64,000 nt of DNA. It comes from an uncultured Alphaproteobacteria bacterium (lineage in GTDB: Bacteria; Pseudomonadota; Alphaproteobacteria; Bin95). The notes under the pieces are model-generated. The model did no database searches. It saw nothing but the letters and a program-made list of their open reading frames with translations, and was not told the origin of the DNA. Shown in pieces: positions 46,929 to 56,523 of this stretch. The stretch is taken from positions 38,146 through 102,145 of the forward strand of contig CAWEBB010000032.1 in NCBI GenBank assembly GCA_963807085.1, read 5' to 3'. Both the position numbers and the translations under genes were made by a program. Each line of letters opens with the position of its first letter. Position 1 is the first letter of the stretch.

Positions 46929-47447
46929 ATGGCGCCGCCGGTGAAGGACGGGCCGAAAGTGAACAGCGACATTGTGGCGCGCTTGGTCCGCCTGGTCGGT
47001 GCTGACGGTGAAATGATGGGCGTGTTCAAGCTGGATGACGCCCTGCGTGAAGCGGATCGGTCGGGCCTTGATTTGGTCGAGGTTTCACCGAACGCCGAAC
47101 CGCCGGTTTGCAAAATTTTGGACTATGGTCGCTATAAGTACGAGGCTCAAAAGAAAAAGAACGAGGCTCGGAAAAAGCAAAAAGTGATCGAAGTCAAAGA
47201 GATCAAGCTGCGGCCGGCGATCGAGCAGCACGACTACGACGTGAAAATGAAGGCGGTGCGCAAGTTCTTGGGCGAGGGCGACAAGGTGAAAGTCACCCTG
47301 CGCTTCCGTGGCCGTGAGATGGCCCACCAGGACTTGGGGATGAAGGTGCTGGAACGGGTTCGGGATGAGTTGGGCGACGAAGTGAAGGTCGAGCAGAATC
47401 CCAAAATGGAAGGGCGCCAGATGACCATGGTGATGGCGCCGCGTTAG
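46929..47447 (+). CDS. infC: Translation initiation factor IF-3
   Basis: ...[26 protein letters not shown]... A start upstream of ATG 46929 is possible (IF-3 genes often use atypical start codons). Confidence 0.85.
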   Translation: MAPPVKDGPKVNSDIVARLVRLVGADGEMMGVFKLDDALREADRSGLDLVEVSPNAEPPVCKILDYGRYKYEAQKKKNEARKKQKVIEVKEIKLRPAIEQHDYDVKMKAVRKFLGEGDKVKVTLRFRGREMAHQDLGMKVLERVRDELGDEVKVEQNPKMEGRQMTMVMAPR

Positions 47448-47499
47448 CGTTTCCACGTTTCTGCCCCGCGCGGTTGTCCACACGCGAGGCGGCGAAACA

Positions 47500-47545
47500 A
47501 AAGACGCCCTGCACCAGAGAAGGTTGCAGGGCGTCTTTTTGATTT
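47500..47545. terminator. Bidirectional rho-independent terminator (infC / IOR)
   Basis: aaaagacgccctgcaccagagaaggttgcagggcgtcttttt. Confidence 0.7.
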
Positions 47546-50500
47546 ACTCCGCCGCCATTGCGGTTGCGGCGCCTGGGTTGCGGAAGTTCTGCCACAGCGC
47601 CGTCTCATTCGCCTTGGCGTCTTCGATATGGCGGAGCTTGACGTGGCCGTAGCCGCGGATGTGCTCTGGGATGTTGGCAATCTCCACCGCGTAGCGAAGG
47701 TTGTCCCTCGACAGCGAAGCCAGCAGGTTGTCGACCGATTTTTCGTACTCAGCGATCAGTTGGCGTTCCGTTTTGCGCTCTTCCGTTCGCCCGAAAACGT
47801 CCAGAGGCGTGCCGCGCAGGAAGCGCATTTTGGCCAGCAGGCCGAACGTCTTCAGCATTCTCGGCCCGTATTTCTTCTTCTGCGGCTCGCCCGTGACCGG
47901 ATCGGTCTTGGAAAGCAGCGGCGGCGCCAGGTGGAATTCCAGCTCGTAGTCGCCTTCGAATTGGGCCGCCACCGACTCCAGGAACTCCGGCCGGGAATAA
48001 AGGCGCGCAACCTCGTATTCGTCTTTGTAGGCCAGCAGCTTGAAATAATATTTGGCAACAGCCTTACTGAGCTCGTCGCCAAGCCCTTTCGCCCGCTCCG
48101 CTTCCCGAACTTTTTCGACCAGCCGCTTGTACCGCTTGGCGTAGCCTGCGTTTTGGTAGTCGGTCAGGAATGCGACTCGGCGGGCAACGATCTCGTCCAG
48201 GCTTTGATGGAGGGTTTCGGCAATATCCGGCTGGTCCGGAGCCTTCTCGCCACCCAACACACCCATGACCATGCCAAGATTGGCGGCGGCGGCACGGCCC
48301 CAGTTGAACGCCTTCTTGTTCGCGTCGATGGCGATTTCGTTCAACTCGATCGCCCGCATGATGGACTCGACGGACAGCGGAATCATGCCCTTCTGAAAGG
48401 CAAAGCCCATCATGAACATGTTGGTCGCGATGCTGTCGCCCATCAGGCGCGTGGCGATGTCGGTCGCGTCCATAAAATCGACTTGGTCCTCGCCGGCGGC
48501 GCTGGTGATCCGGCCCTTGATCTCGTCGGTAGGGAAGCGGAAATCGGGATTGCGGGTGAAGTCGCCGGTAAAGGTGCGGTGACTGTTCACCACCGCCTTG
48601 CTCTCGCGCGTCAGCTTAGAGACCGTATCCGCCTGCCCGGAGACGACCAGGTCGCAGCCGATCAACGCGTCCGCGCCGCCGCTCGCGATCCGGACCGCGT
48701 GCAGGTCCTCCGGCCTGTTGCCGATGCGCAGATGGCTCCATACCGCGCCGCCCTTCTGGGCGAGCCCGGTCATGTCCATGGCGGTAGAGGCCTTGCCTTC
48801 CAGGTGCGCCGCCATAGAGATCAGGGCGCCGATGGTAATAACACCCGTGCCGCCGATCCCCGTGACGACGATGCCGTACGGCTTATCCAGGGACGGAATG
48901 TCGGGTACCGGCAGCAGATGCGGCGGCTCGGCGTTCTGCACGCCCATGGACTTGCGCGGCTGGCCGCCTTTCACCGTCACGAAGGACGGGCAGAAGCCGT
49001 TGACGCAGGAATAATCCTTGTTGCAGGAGGACTGATCGATCATCCGCTTGCGGCCGAATTCCGTTTCGACCGGCACGACCGAAACGCAATTCGATTTGAC
49101 GCCACAATCGCCGCAGCCTTCACAAACGGCCTCATTGATGAAGATGCGCTGGTCCGGATCGGGGAACTGGCCCCGTTTGCGGCGGCGGCGTTTCTCGGCG
49201 GCGCAGGTCTGCACATAGACAATTGCGGTGACGCCTTCGATGTCACGCAACTCCCGCTGCACCTGGTCCAGCTCTGCCCGCTCGTGAACCTTTGTTCCTG
49301 GAGGCCAATTGGCATTCGCGGGCAACTCTTCCTTCTCATCGGCAACGATGGTGACGCGTTTCGCCCCTTCCGCCCAAACCTGGTGAGCGATAGCGACAGG
49401 GTCCAGCGGGCCGTCATGGCTCTGCCCGCCGGTCATGGCGACCGCGTCGTTGTAGAGGATCTTGTAGGTAATGTTGGTTCCGGCCGCGACCGCCGCCCGG
49501 ATGGCCAGCAAGCCGGAGTGATAGTAGGTGCCATCGCCCAGGTTCTGGAACAGGTGCTTGGTGGTGACAAAGGGCGCCTGACCGGTCCAGTTGGCCCCCT
49601 CGGCGCCCATATGGGTGAAGCCCAGCGTCTCCCGGTCCATCCACATGGCCATGTAGTGGCAGCCGATACCCGCGCCGGCGCGCGAGCCCTCCGGTACCTT
49701 GGTTGAGGTATTGTGCGGGCAGCCCGAGCAGAAATAGGGCGTGCGAACCATGCTGGGCGGCTGGTTGCCGCCGGTGGCGCTCGCGACCGCTTCCAGCCTG
49801 GAGAGCCGCTCGCCGATACGCGCGCGGATAGCGCCCGGCACCGCGTCCGTATCCAGCAGTTGCGCGATGGCCCGGGCGACCATGCTCGGGGTCAGTTCGC
49901 CATTGCTTGGAAATAACGGCGCGCCCTGTGCGTCAGTCTTGCCCAAAATGTCGGGCCGACGGTCGGCGGGCATGCTGTAAAGGGCGTCTTTCAACTGCCA
50001 TTCCATCAAAGAGCGCTTCTCTTCGACGACCAGCAAGGTCTCAAGGCCCGAGGCAAACGCCCGCGCGCCCTCCGTCTCCAGCGGCCAGGTCATGGCCACT
50101 TTATAAATGCTGAGGCCGATTTCCGCCGCGGTGGCTTCGTCGATGCCCAGTTCATCCAACGCCTGCCGAACATCCAGATAGGATTTGCCCGTGGTGACGA
50201 TGCCGATGCGGCGGCGCGGCCCGCTCCAAATCACCCGGTCCAGTCGGTTGGCGCGGGCATAGGCGAGCGCGGCCGGCAATTTGTATTTGTGCAGCAGTTC
50301 TTCGAGCGCCAGGAACTCGGCCACGATCAGCTTCGAGTTCAGGCCGCCTTCCGGCATTTCGAAATCCGCCGGGATGATCGGCCGGATGCGGTCCGGGTCG
50401 ATACTGACCGTCGCCGCGCTGTCGACCGTTTCGCCGATGCACTTGAAGCCGGCCCAGAGACCGGAGAACCGGCTCATGGCGAAGCCGTGCAGGCCCATAT

Positions 50501-51068
50501 CCAGGAATTCCTGCACCCCTGCGGGCGCCAGCACCGGAATATGGGCATCTATGAAGGCGAACTCGCTTTGGTGGGCGGTGGTGGAGGACTTGGCCATATG
50601 GTCGTCCCCCGCAAACGCGAGCACGCCGCCGTGCTGCAGAGTGCCGGCGGCATTGGCGTGCTTCAGGGCATCGCCGGACCGGTCCACGCCCGGCCCCTTG
50701 CCGTACCAAATGCCGAACACGCCGTCATATTTGCCGTCGCCCCAAAGGCCCGCTTGCTGCGAGCCCCAGACGGCGGTCGCGGCCAGGTCCTCGTTGACGC
50801 CCGGTCGGAACAGGATCTGGTGCTCTTTCAGATGCTTTTGCGCCCGCGTCAGTTGCTGATCGTAGCCGCCAAGCGGAGAGCCGCGGTAGCCGGTGATGAA
50901 GCCGGCGGTGTTGAGGCCGGTCTTCACATCCCGTCGATGCTGATCGAGCGGCAGCCGTACCAGCGCCTGGGTGCCGGTCATGAAAACATGGCCGCTCTCG
51001 GCGGTGTATTTATCGTCCAGGGAAACGTTCGATAGCTTGGTAGCAAGCGCGGCGGTGCCGTTTGCCAT
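47544..51068 (-). CDS. Indolepyruvate:ferredoxin oxidoreductase family protein (fused alpha/beta, 1174 aa)
   Basis: ThDP and 4Fe-4S motifs (CxxCxxCxxxC) and a PFOR-type gamma domain. One uninterrupted ORF. Confidence 0.85.
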   Translation of the reverse strand: MANGTAALATKLSNVSLDDKYTAESGHVFMTGTQALVRLPLDQHRRDVKTGLNTAGFITGYRGSPLGGYDQQLTRAQKHLKEHQILFRPGVNEDLAATAVWGSQQAGLWGDGKYDGVFGIWYGKGPGVDRSGDALKHANAAGTLQHGGVLAFAGDDHMAKSSTTAHQSEFAFIDAHIPVLAPAGVQEFLDMGLHGFAMSRFSGLWAGFKCIGETVDSAATVSIDPDRIRPIIPADFEMPEGGLNSKLIVAEFLALEELLHKYKLPAALAYARANRLDRVIWSGPRRRIGIVTTGKSYLDVRQALDELGIDEATAAEIGLSIYKVAMTWPLETEGARAFASGLETLLVVEEKRSLMEWQLKDALYSMPADRRPDILGKTDAQGAPLFPSNGELTPSMVARAIAQLLDTDAVPGAIRARIGERLSRLEAVASATGGNQPPSMVRTPYFCSGCPHNTSTKVPEGSRAGAGIGCHYMAMWMDRETLGFTHMGAEGANWTGQAPFVTTKHLFQNLGDGTYYHSGLLAIRAAVAAGTNITYKILYNDAVAMTGGQSHDGPLDPVAIAHQVWAEGAKRVTIVADEKEELPANANWPPGTKVHERAELDQVQRELRDIEGVTAIVYVQTCAAEKRRRRKRGQFPDPDQRIFINEAVCEGCGDCGVKSNCVSVVPVETEFGRKRMIDQSSCNKDYSCVNGFCPSFVTVKGGQPRKSMGVQNAEPPHLLPVPDIPSLDKPYGIVVTGIGGTGVITIGALISMAAHLEGKASTAMDMTGLAQKGGAVWSHLRIGNRPEDLHAVRIASGGADALIGCDLVVSGQADTVSKLTRESKAVVNSHRTFTGDFTRNPDFRFPTDEIKGRITSAAGEDQVDFMDATDIATRLMGDSIATNMFMMGFAFQKGMIPLSVESIMRAIELNEIAIDANKKAFNWGRAAAANLGMVMGVLGGEKAPDQPDIAETLHQSLDEIVARRVAFLTDYQNAGYAKRYKRLVEKVREAERAKGLGDELSKAVAKYYFKLLAYKDEYEVARLYSRPEFLESVAAQFEGDYELEFHLAPPLLSKTDPVTGEPQKKKYGPRMLKTFGLLAKMRFLRGTPLDVFGRTEERKTERQLIAEYEKSVDNLLASLSRDNLRYAVEIANIPEHIRGYGHVKLRHIEDAKANETALWQNFRNPGAATAMAAE

Positions 51069-51171
51069 AGCGTGGCTCTCGTCCGGTTAGGTCAGGAATT
51101 GGTTTTCAATATAGGCATTTTGACCCGAGGAGGGTACCGTTCATTCAACATCAAATCAAAGGAAGCCTCGA

Positions 51172-52041
51172 ATGAAGTTTGGCTTACGGTACTGCAACAC
51201 CGGCAAATATACCCACACCGCGAAGGCGGTCGAACTCGTCCAGGCCGGCGAGGCGGCGGGCTTCGAAAGCGCCTGGACCGTCGAGCACACGGTTATTCCT
51301 GAAGGCTACGAGTCGAGGTACCCGTACGCGGAATCGGGAAAAATGCCGGGCATCAACGAGCAGACCAACCTGCCGGATCCGTTGATCTGGATGAGTTACG
51401 TAGCGGCGCAGACCTCTTCCATCAAGCTTGCCACCGGAATCCTGATCCTGTCGCAGCACTCGCCGGTGGTCTGCGCCAAGCAGGTTGCGACGCTGGACGC
51501 CATGAGCGGCGGCCGCGTTCTGCTCGGCATTGGCGTCGGCTGGCTGCGCGAGGAGTTCGAGATCATCGGCGCGAATTTCGAGGAGCGGGGGCCGCGCTGC
51601 GATGACTATATGAAAGCGATGCGCGCACTCTGGCAGATGGAGCGGCCAAGCTATGACGGCCGGTTCGTGCAATTCGACGGCGCCTACTGCCGGCCCAAGC
51701 CTGCGAATGGTACCGTGCCGCTGATTGTCGGCGGGCACTCGAAGGCGGCGGCGCGGCGGGCGGGGCGGCTGGGTGACGGCTTTTTCCCGGCCCGCGGCTC
51801 GCCCGGTGAATTGTTCCAGCTTGCGCGCGAGACCGCGATTGAAAGCGGCCGTGACCCGGACGAGATCGAATTTACGGCCAGCCTGCCCGACGACCTGGAC
51901 GAAATCCCGGCCCTGGCCGCCATGGGCGTCAAGCGCATATTGGTGCCGGTCACCGGCGCGGCCGGTCTTTCGCGCCGCATTGGCGGGCCGGAAGACTTGG
52001 CGGGATGGAGGGACGTGATCGAAAAGTATGCCGATACCTAG
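51172..52041 (+). CDS. LLM-class (luciferase-like) flavin/F420-dependent oxidoreductase
   Basis: MKFGL...AAGF.SAW..EH... TIM-barrel LLM pattern. Confidence 0.75.
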   Translation: MKFGLRYCNTGKYTHTAKAVELVQAGEAAGFESAWTVEHTVIPEGYESRYPYAESGKMPGINEQTNLPDPLIWMSYVAAQTSSIKLATGILILSQHSPVVCAKQVATLDAMSGGRVLLGIGVGWLREEFEIIGANFEERGPRCDDYMKAMRALWQMERPSYDGRFVQFDGAYCRPKPANGTVPLIVGGHSKAAARRAGRLGDGFFPARGSPGELFQLARETAIESGRDPDEIEFTASLPDDLDEIPALAAMGVKRILVPVTGAAGLSRRIGGPEDLAGWRDVIEKYADT

Positions 52042-52119
52042 GTTTGAGAATTGGATGGTTGGTGCTGAACCAAATCCGCAGTCTCACGCGAAACCGCTGA
52101 TCCACACACGGGAGTTCCC

Positions 52120-52401
52120 ATGACCGAGCAGTTGCTGCATCTCGTATTCGGCGGCCGATTGAAGGATCCGCACCGCCGGATTTTCTATAACACCGACGAT
52201 CTGGACATTGTCGGCCTGTTCCCGAATTACCGCGAGGCCTATCACGCCTGGCGCGGCAAGGCGCAAAGCACCATCGACGACGCCGAAATCCGGTATTTCA
52301 TCGTCCACATTCACAAGGTTTTCGATCCGGACGAGGAGGCGCACCCCGCCGGCCATTCTGAAGACGCCCATTCGGAAAGTGGGCACAAGGAAACCGAATG
52401 A
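52120..52401 (+). CDS. DUF4170 domain protein
   Basis: LLHLVFGG...DIVGLFPNY.EA..AWRG.AQ.T.D.A..RYFIVH.H...DP. Confidence 0.6.
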   Translation: MTEQLLHLVFGGRLKDPHRRIFYNTDDLDIVGLFPNYREAYHAWRGKAQSTIDDAEIRYFIVHIHKVFDPDEEAHPAGHSEDAHSESGHKETE

Positions 52402-53099
52402 GCGAGGCGGTGCGCGAACTGGATTGGAGCGAGATCGCTGACGGAATCGCGCAAGACGGATACGCCGTCACGCCGCCAATACTCTCCGACAGCGACTGCA
52501 ACTGCCTTATCGCGCTCTATGGCGACGATAGCCTGTTCCGCCGCCGCATCGTGATGGAGCGGCACGCGTTTGGCGCCGGCAGCTATGCCTATTTCGCCGA
52601 GCCGGTACCGCCGCTCGTTGCGGAATTGCGCACCGCTTTTTATGCCGGCCTCAGCCCGATAGCGAACCGGGCAATGGAGCTGATGCGGTCCGCTATTCGC
52701 TATCCGGCGACTTTGTCGGAATACCGTGCTGAATGTGCGGCGGCAGGGCAAACGAAGCCGACGCCGCTGCTGTTGCAGTACGAGTCGGGCGGGTATAACC
52801 GCCTGCATCGCGATCTCTATGGTGAATTGGCCTTTCCGTTCCAGGCGACTGCGATGCTAAGCCGGCCCGGCGCCGATTTCACCGGCGGACAGTTCCTGCT
52901 GGTGGAAAACCGGCCCCGGCAACAGGCGATCGGCGCGGCCGTCGATATCCCGCGCGGGTGTTTCATTCTGTTCCCGACCAACGAGCGCCCGGTTCAGGGC
53001 GCGCGCGGCTATATGAAGGCCAGCATGCGCCATGGCGTCAGCAAGGTGCATTCGGGAGAGCGCCATACGCTCGGCCTGATCTTTCACGACGCCGCCTGA
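52398..53099 (+). CDS. 2OG-Fe(II) oxygenase family protein
   Basis: H.D...(59 aa)...H motif region. ATGA-coupled to the DUF4170 gene. Confidence 0.55.
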   Translation: MSEAVRELDWSEIADGIAQDGYAVTPPILSDSDCNCLIALYGDDSLFRRRIVMERHAFGAGSYAYFAEPVPPLVAELRTAFYAGLSPIANRAMELMRSAIRYPATLSEYRAECAAAGQTKPTPLLLQYESGGYNRLHRDLYGELAFPFQATAMLSRPGADFTGGQFLLVENRPRQQAIGAAVDIPRGCFILFPTNERPVQGARGYMKASMRHGVSKVHSGERHTLGLIFHDAA

Positions 53100-53110
53100 A
53101 CCGCCGCCCA

Positions 53111-53740
53111 TCACTGGCTCGCCCATAAAATCCGGGCGATCCATTCCACCTCGGCGGTCGGCAGGACCGGGTTGTCGTATTCGGGATTGAGGCTGCGCAG
53201 TTCGATTCGCTGCGCCGTTCGCCGTACCAGTTCCTTGGCCATTACCTCGCCTTCGCTGGTTTTCACCACGACCCGATCTCCGACGCGGATATTGGCGACG
53301 GGTGAAACGATGATGCGGTCGCCGCCCCGATAGAGGGGTTCCATCGAGTCGCCGCTGACCATCAGGGCATAGGCATTGGGGTCGCCGATATCCGGAAAAA
53401 CAATCTCGTCCCAGCCCGATCCGGTCGGATAGCCGGCATCGTCGAAATAGCCGCTGTCGCCAGCCTGCGCGAAGCCGATCACGGGAATCCGCTGGGTAGC
53501 CGTGGCTGTCGAGTTTGGAAGTTCGTTCAGCAGGTCCGACAGGCTGGCGCCTGTAGCCGTCAGAATTTTCGCGATGCTCTCAGTGCTTGGCCATCGCAGC
53601 TTGCCGTCACGGGTTGCCCGCTTGCTTTTGTTGAAGGTCGTCGCATCCAGGCCGGCGCGCTTCGCCAGTCCGGAGGGAGAAAGATCGTGCTTTGCCGCCA
53701 GGCGGTCGATCGCTTCCCAGATGTCAGCGTGCTTTAACAT
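53111..53740 (-). CDS. XRE-family HTH + peptidase S24 (CI/LexA-fold) repressor, prophage-repressor type
   Basis: N-terminal HTH (LSPSGLAKRAGLDATTFNKSKR), C-terminal S24 (ALMVSGDSMEP...K). It is not the alphaproteobacterial LexA architecture. Confidence 0.8.
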   Translation of the reverse strand: MLKHADIWEAIDRLAAKHDLSPSGLAKRAGLDATTFNKSKRATRDGKLRWPSTESIAKILTATGASLSDLLNELPNSTATATQRIPVIGFAQAGDSGYFDDAGYPTGSGWDEIVFPDIGDPNAYALMVSGDSMEPLYRGGDRIIVSPVANIRVGDRVVVKTSEGEVMAKELVRRTAQRIELRSLNPEYDNPVLPTAEVEWIARILWASQ

Positions 53741-53749
53741 GATGCCTCG

Positions 53750-53774
53750 CCCTGTTGTTGGGCCTGTTGTTGGG
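53750..53774. repeat. Tandem 12/13-mer direct repeat (cctgttgttggg ×2) in the repressor's upstream region; candidate operator
   Basis: cctgttgttgggcctgttgttggg, 10-35 bp upstream of the repressor start codon. Confidence 0.5.
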
Positions 53775-53795
53775 AACACAGTCTCATACTATCGC

Positions 53796-53824
53796 TTGAC
53801 ATTCACTAGGAAAAAGTTCATATA
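53796..53824 (+). promoter_or_regulatory. Near-consensus sigma70 promoter (TTGACA-17-CATATA) facing the + strand small genes; contains two TAGGAA hexamers
   Basis: cgcTTGACAttcacTAGGAAaaagttCATATAGGAAtc. AT-rich island in a 65% GC background. Confidence 0.55.
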
Positions 53825-53858
53825 GGAATCAAAGCCGATAAATTGTTTGGAGAGAGCG

Positions 53859-54251
53859 ATGTACGATGATCCGATTGCGGGGTCGGAATCCGATGAAGGA
53901 GAGAGCCCGTTCTCCAGCGCCGACGAAGCATGGATCTGGGCCGTGCAGGGGATGCAAAGCCGCCTGTCCGGGGCAAACATCAAGGCCGGCATGGGCAAAT
54001 TTACAAGGCCTTGCGAGGCATCCGATGTTTTAGGCTGCGCCGACGCGCTGCATCGGCAGGGGGCGCTAAGCAACGTGGAGTTGCGGGTGCTGTTGCTCTA
54101 CGGCGGCTACGCGGCGGCCCCGATGATGCTGGGCTGTTCCCATGCCCCGGCGGTGCCTTTTTGGCAGCGCGGCATGGATGCGCTGACGCCATTAATGGAA
54201 CAAAAAGGGATCATTCTTCCGCGCGCAAGGGCGCGTTTCCGTGCGGACTAA
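53859..54251 (+). CDS. Hypothetical protein (130 aa)
   Basis: GGAGAG RBS and good GC3 bias; no recognisable family. Confidence 0.45.
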   Translation: MYDDPIAGSESDEGESPFSSADEAWIWAVQGMQSRLSGANIKAGMGKFTRPCEASDVLGCADALHRQGALSNVELRVLLLYGGYAAAPMMLGCSHAPAVPFWQRGMDALTPLMEQKGIILPRARARFRAD

Positions 54252-54618
54252 CGCGATCGTCGTCTTCAGCGGCCAGACCGATTTCTGGTGGCAGCGCCTG
54301 CTAAGGCCCGGCTACCGCCATTGCGGCGTCATGATCGAGTGTGGCGACCACTGGGTGGTTCTGGAGCCGCTTGCGGCGCGTTTGGAGGTGCGGATTTTCA
54401 CCGTATCCAGCCCCGACGCCCTCAAGCGGGCCCTGCGCCGCCGGCAGTTGCTGGCGGTCGAGACCGAGGTGCAAGTCGATGCGGCCCCCGCATTGTTTCC
54501 GGGCCTGTTCACCTGTGTGGAGGCCGTGAAGCGCGCCCTCGGCATTCGCGCCGTCTGGGTGCAGACCCCGTGGCAGCTCCATAAAAATCTCAAATTAGGA
54601 AAAAAAACCTTGACATGA
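54241..54618 (+). CDS. Hypothetical protein (125 aa)
   Basis: GTG start overlapping the previous stop. Its stop codon lies inside the -35 of the downstream promoter. Confidence 0.4.
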   Translation: MRTNAIVVFSGQTDFWWQRLLRPGYRHCGVMIECGDHWVVLEPLAARLEVRIFTVSSPDALKRALRRRQLLAVETEVQVDAAPALFPGLFTCVEAVKRALGIRAVWVQTPWQLHKNLKLGKKTLT

Positions 54619-54638
54619 ACACGTAATAGGAATATATA
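54610..54638 (+). promoter_or_regulatory. Near-consensus sigma70 promoter (TTGACA-17-TATATA) with an upstream A-tract, preceding the virion gene block
   Basis: attAGGAAaaaaaaccTTGACAtgaacacgtaaTAGGAAtaTATATAc. Confidence 0.55.
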
Positions 54639-54743
54639 CATCCTCAAGACGGCCCCACTGCGCCCAGCGCCCGGGGCCGTTCCTGTTTCCGACAACCGCA
54701 TGGAACGGCGCCAGACGCATGGCCGGTTCCAAAAGGAGGATGG

Positions 54744-54980
54744 ATGGGCGCCATTATCAGTCCACTGACGCGGGAGGCTCCGGCTCCCAAGCCGACGCCG
54801 ACCGTCGTCGAACCCGCGGTCGATCCGGCCGTGGCGGAGCGCGAAGCCGCATCGGCGGCCCGGCGCGCGTTCCTGGCCCGCCAACAGAAAGGGCGGCTCG
54901 GAACGATCGCCACCACCGCCCGGGGTGTTTTGAGCCCTGGCCAGTTGTCGGTCGTCCGCCGCTCATTGCTCGGAGAATAA
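54744..54980 (+). CDS. Small Pro/Ala-rich hypothetical protein (78 aa) immediately upstream of the portal gene
   Basis: AAGGAGG RBS. The stop is 1 nt before the portal ATG. Confidence 0.5.
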   Translation: MGAIISPLTREAPAPKPTPTVVEPAVDPAVAEREAASAARRAFLARQQKGRLGTIATTARGVLSPGQLSVVRRSLLGE

Positions 54981-54981
54981 G

Positions 54982-56523
54982 ATGAAGGCAGCCGAAATCC
55001 TCCGGCAGGAGTTCACGCAGGCGTTCCGTGGTCGCATGGCCTGGGAAGAGCATTGGCGCGATTGCTATGCCTACGCCATGCCGCAGCGCGAGGCCGGTGC
55101 TCCGGCGGGCGCCCGCCGCTCCGACCGTCTGTTCGACGGAACCGCGGCCGACGCGGTCGAGCAACTGGCGGCCAGCCTGCTCTCCGAACTGACGCCGCCC
55201 TGGGTGCGTTGGGTGGAACTGAAGCCGGGGCCCGAAGCCACGGTTGACGAAGCGGCGGCGATATCGCCGGCGCTCGACCGGGTGAGCGCCACGTTGCAGT
55301 CTCATTTCGACCGCTCCAACTTCGCGGTCGAAATCCACCAATGCTATCTGGACCTGGTGACGGCCGGTACCGCCTGTCTGCTGTTCGAAGAGGCGCCGGT
55401 CGGCGAGGCCAGCGCCTTTCGCTTTACCGCGGTGCCGATCCACGACGTCCTCATGCAGGAGGGCGCAACCGGCCGGTTGGACCGTGTGTGGCGCCGCGTG
55501 CAGCTGACCCCAGAGCAGTTCGTGGAACGCTACGGGCACCCGCCCACGGCCGAGCCCGGTGCGGAGGCGCCGAAAAAGATCGGCGTGCTGGAAGCCGTGC
55601 GCCCGACACCGAATGGTCACAAATACGTGGCAGTGCGCGAACAGGGGGAAGGCGACGACGGAACCCTGGCGGAAGGCGAGTTCGCCTCCAACCCCTTTAT
55701 CGGCTTCCGCTGGCTGAAAGCGCCGGGCGAGTCCTATGGACGTTCGCCGGTGATGACCGCCTTGCCGGATATCAAGACCGCTAACAAGGTCGTGGAGCTG
55801 ATTCTTAAGAACGCCTCCATCGCCGTCACCGGCATCTGGCAAGCGGACGACGACGGCGTCCTGAACCCCGGCACGGTCAAGCTGGTACCCGGCACCATCA
55901 TTCCGAAGGCCGTCGGCTCGGCGGGCCTGGCGCCGCTGCAGGCGCCCGGCCGGTTCGATGTTTCCGAATTGGTCCTCAGCGATCTGCGCGCCCGCATTCG
56001 TCACGCCCTGCTGGTGGACCGGTTGGGTACGGTGCAAAGTCCGCGCATGACCGCGACCGAGGTGTTGGAGCGCTCGGCGGAGATGGCCCGCATCCTGGGG
56101 GCGACCTATGGCCGGCTTCAGGCGGAGCTGTTGTCGCCCTTGCTTTCGCGGGGGCTCAGCATTCTGCGTCGGCGCGGCGAGGTTCCGGATGTTCAGGTCG
56201 ATGGGCGCACGGTTGACCTGCACTACCGCTCGCCGCTGGCGGAAGCGCAGAACCGGGCGGAGGCGCAATCGGCGCTGGGCTGGGTCAAGACCGTCGCCGA
56301 GATGGGGCCGGAGGGTCTCTCGGTCGTCGATCTGCCCGCCTTCGCGCGCTGGCTGGCGGGCAAGATGTCGGTGCCGGGAGAACTGCTGCGCCCGCCGCCC
56401 TTGGCGCCGATCACCGACGTTTCCGGCGATGACGCGCTCGCCCAGTTGTCGGACGCGCTGCTGCCCGCTCTTGGAGAAGGCGCCGGAGTGAATACCGGGG
56501 AGGGCGACGGCGATGCTGAATGA
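54982..56523 (+). CDS. T7-type portal (head-to-tail connector) protein
   Basis: Collinear with T7 gp8, including LKAPGESYGRSPV versus T7 RLDGESYGRSYIE, plus SNFAVEIHQCYLDLVTAGTACLLFEE. Confidence 0.8.
   Translation: MKAAEILRQEFTQAFRGRMAWEEHWRDCYAYAMPQREAGAPAGARRSDRLFDGTAADAVEQLAASLLSELTPPWVRWVELKPGPEATVDEAAAISPALDRVSATLQSHFDRSNFAVEIHQCYLDLVTAGTACLLFEEAPVGEASAFRFTAVPIHDVLMQEGATGRLDRVWRRVQLTPEQFVERYGHPPTAEPGAEAPKKIGVLEAVRPTPNGHKYVAVREQGEGDDGTLAEGEFASNPFIGFRWLKAPGESYGRSPVMTALPDIKTANKVVELILKNASIAVTGIWQADDDGVLNPGTVKLVPGTIIPKAVGSAGLAPLQAPGRFDVSELVLSDLRARIRHALLVDRLGTVQSPRMTATEVLERSAEMARILGATYGRLQAELLSPLLSRGLSILRRRGEVPDVQVDGRTVDLHYRSPLAEAQNRAEAQSALGWVKTVAEMGPEGLSVVDLPAFARWLAGKMSVPGELLRPPPLAPITDVSGDDALAQLSDALLPALGEGAGVNTGEGDGDAE

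Noticed and set aside
47544-51068. Two separate iorA/iorB genes
   Set aside because: A single uninterrupted 1174-codon ORF, the fused form of the family.
53750-53774. CRISPR array
   Set aside because: Only two adjacent 12/13-mer copies with no spacers; interpreted as an operator-like tandem repeat.
53111-53779. Host LexA
   Set aside because: The N-terminus is an XRE-type HTH rather than the LexA winged helix; this is the CI/prophage-repressor architecture. I also shortened the ORF to the Met preceded by a plausible RBS.
54719-54985. 88-aa ORF MAGSKRRMDGRHYQS... upstream of the portal gene
   Set aside because: The alternative frame (54744..54980) has the strong RBS and the better GC3 bias; I treat this one as an overlapping shadow ORF.
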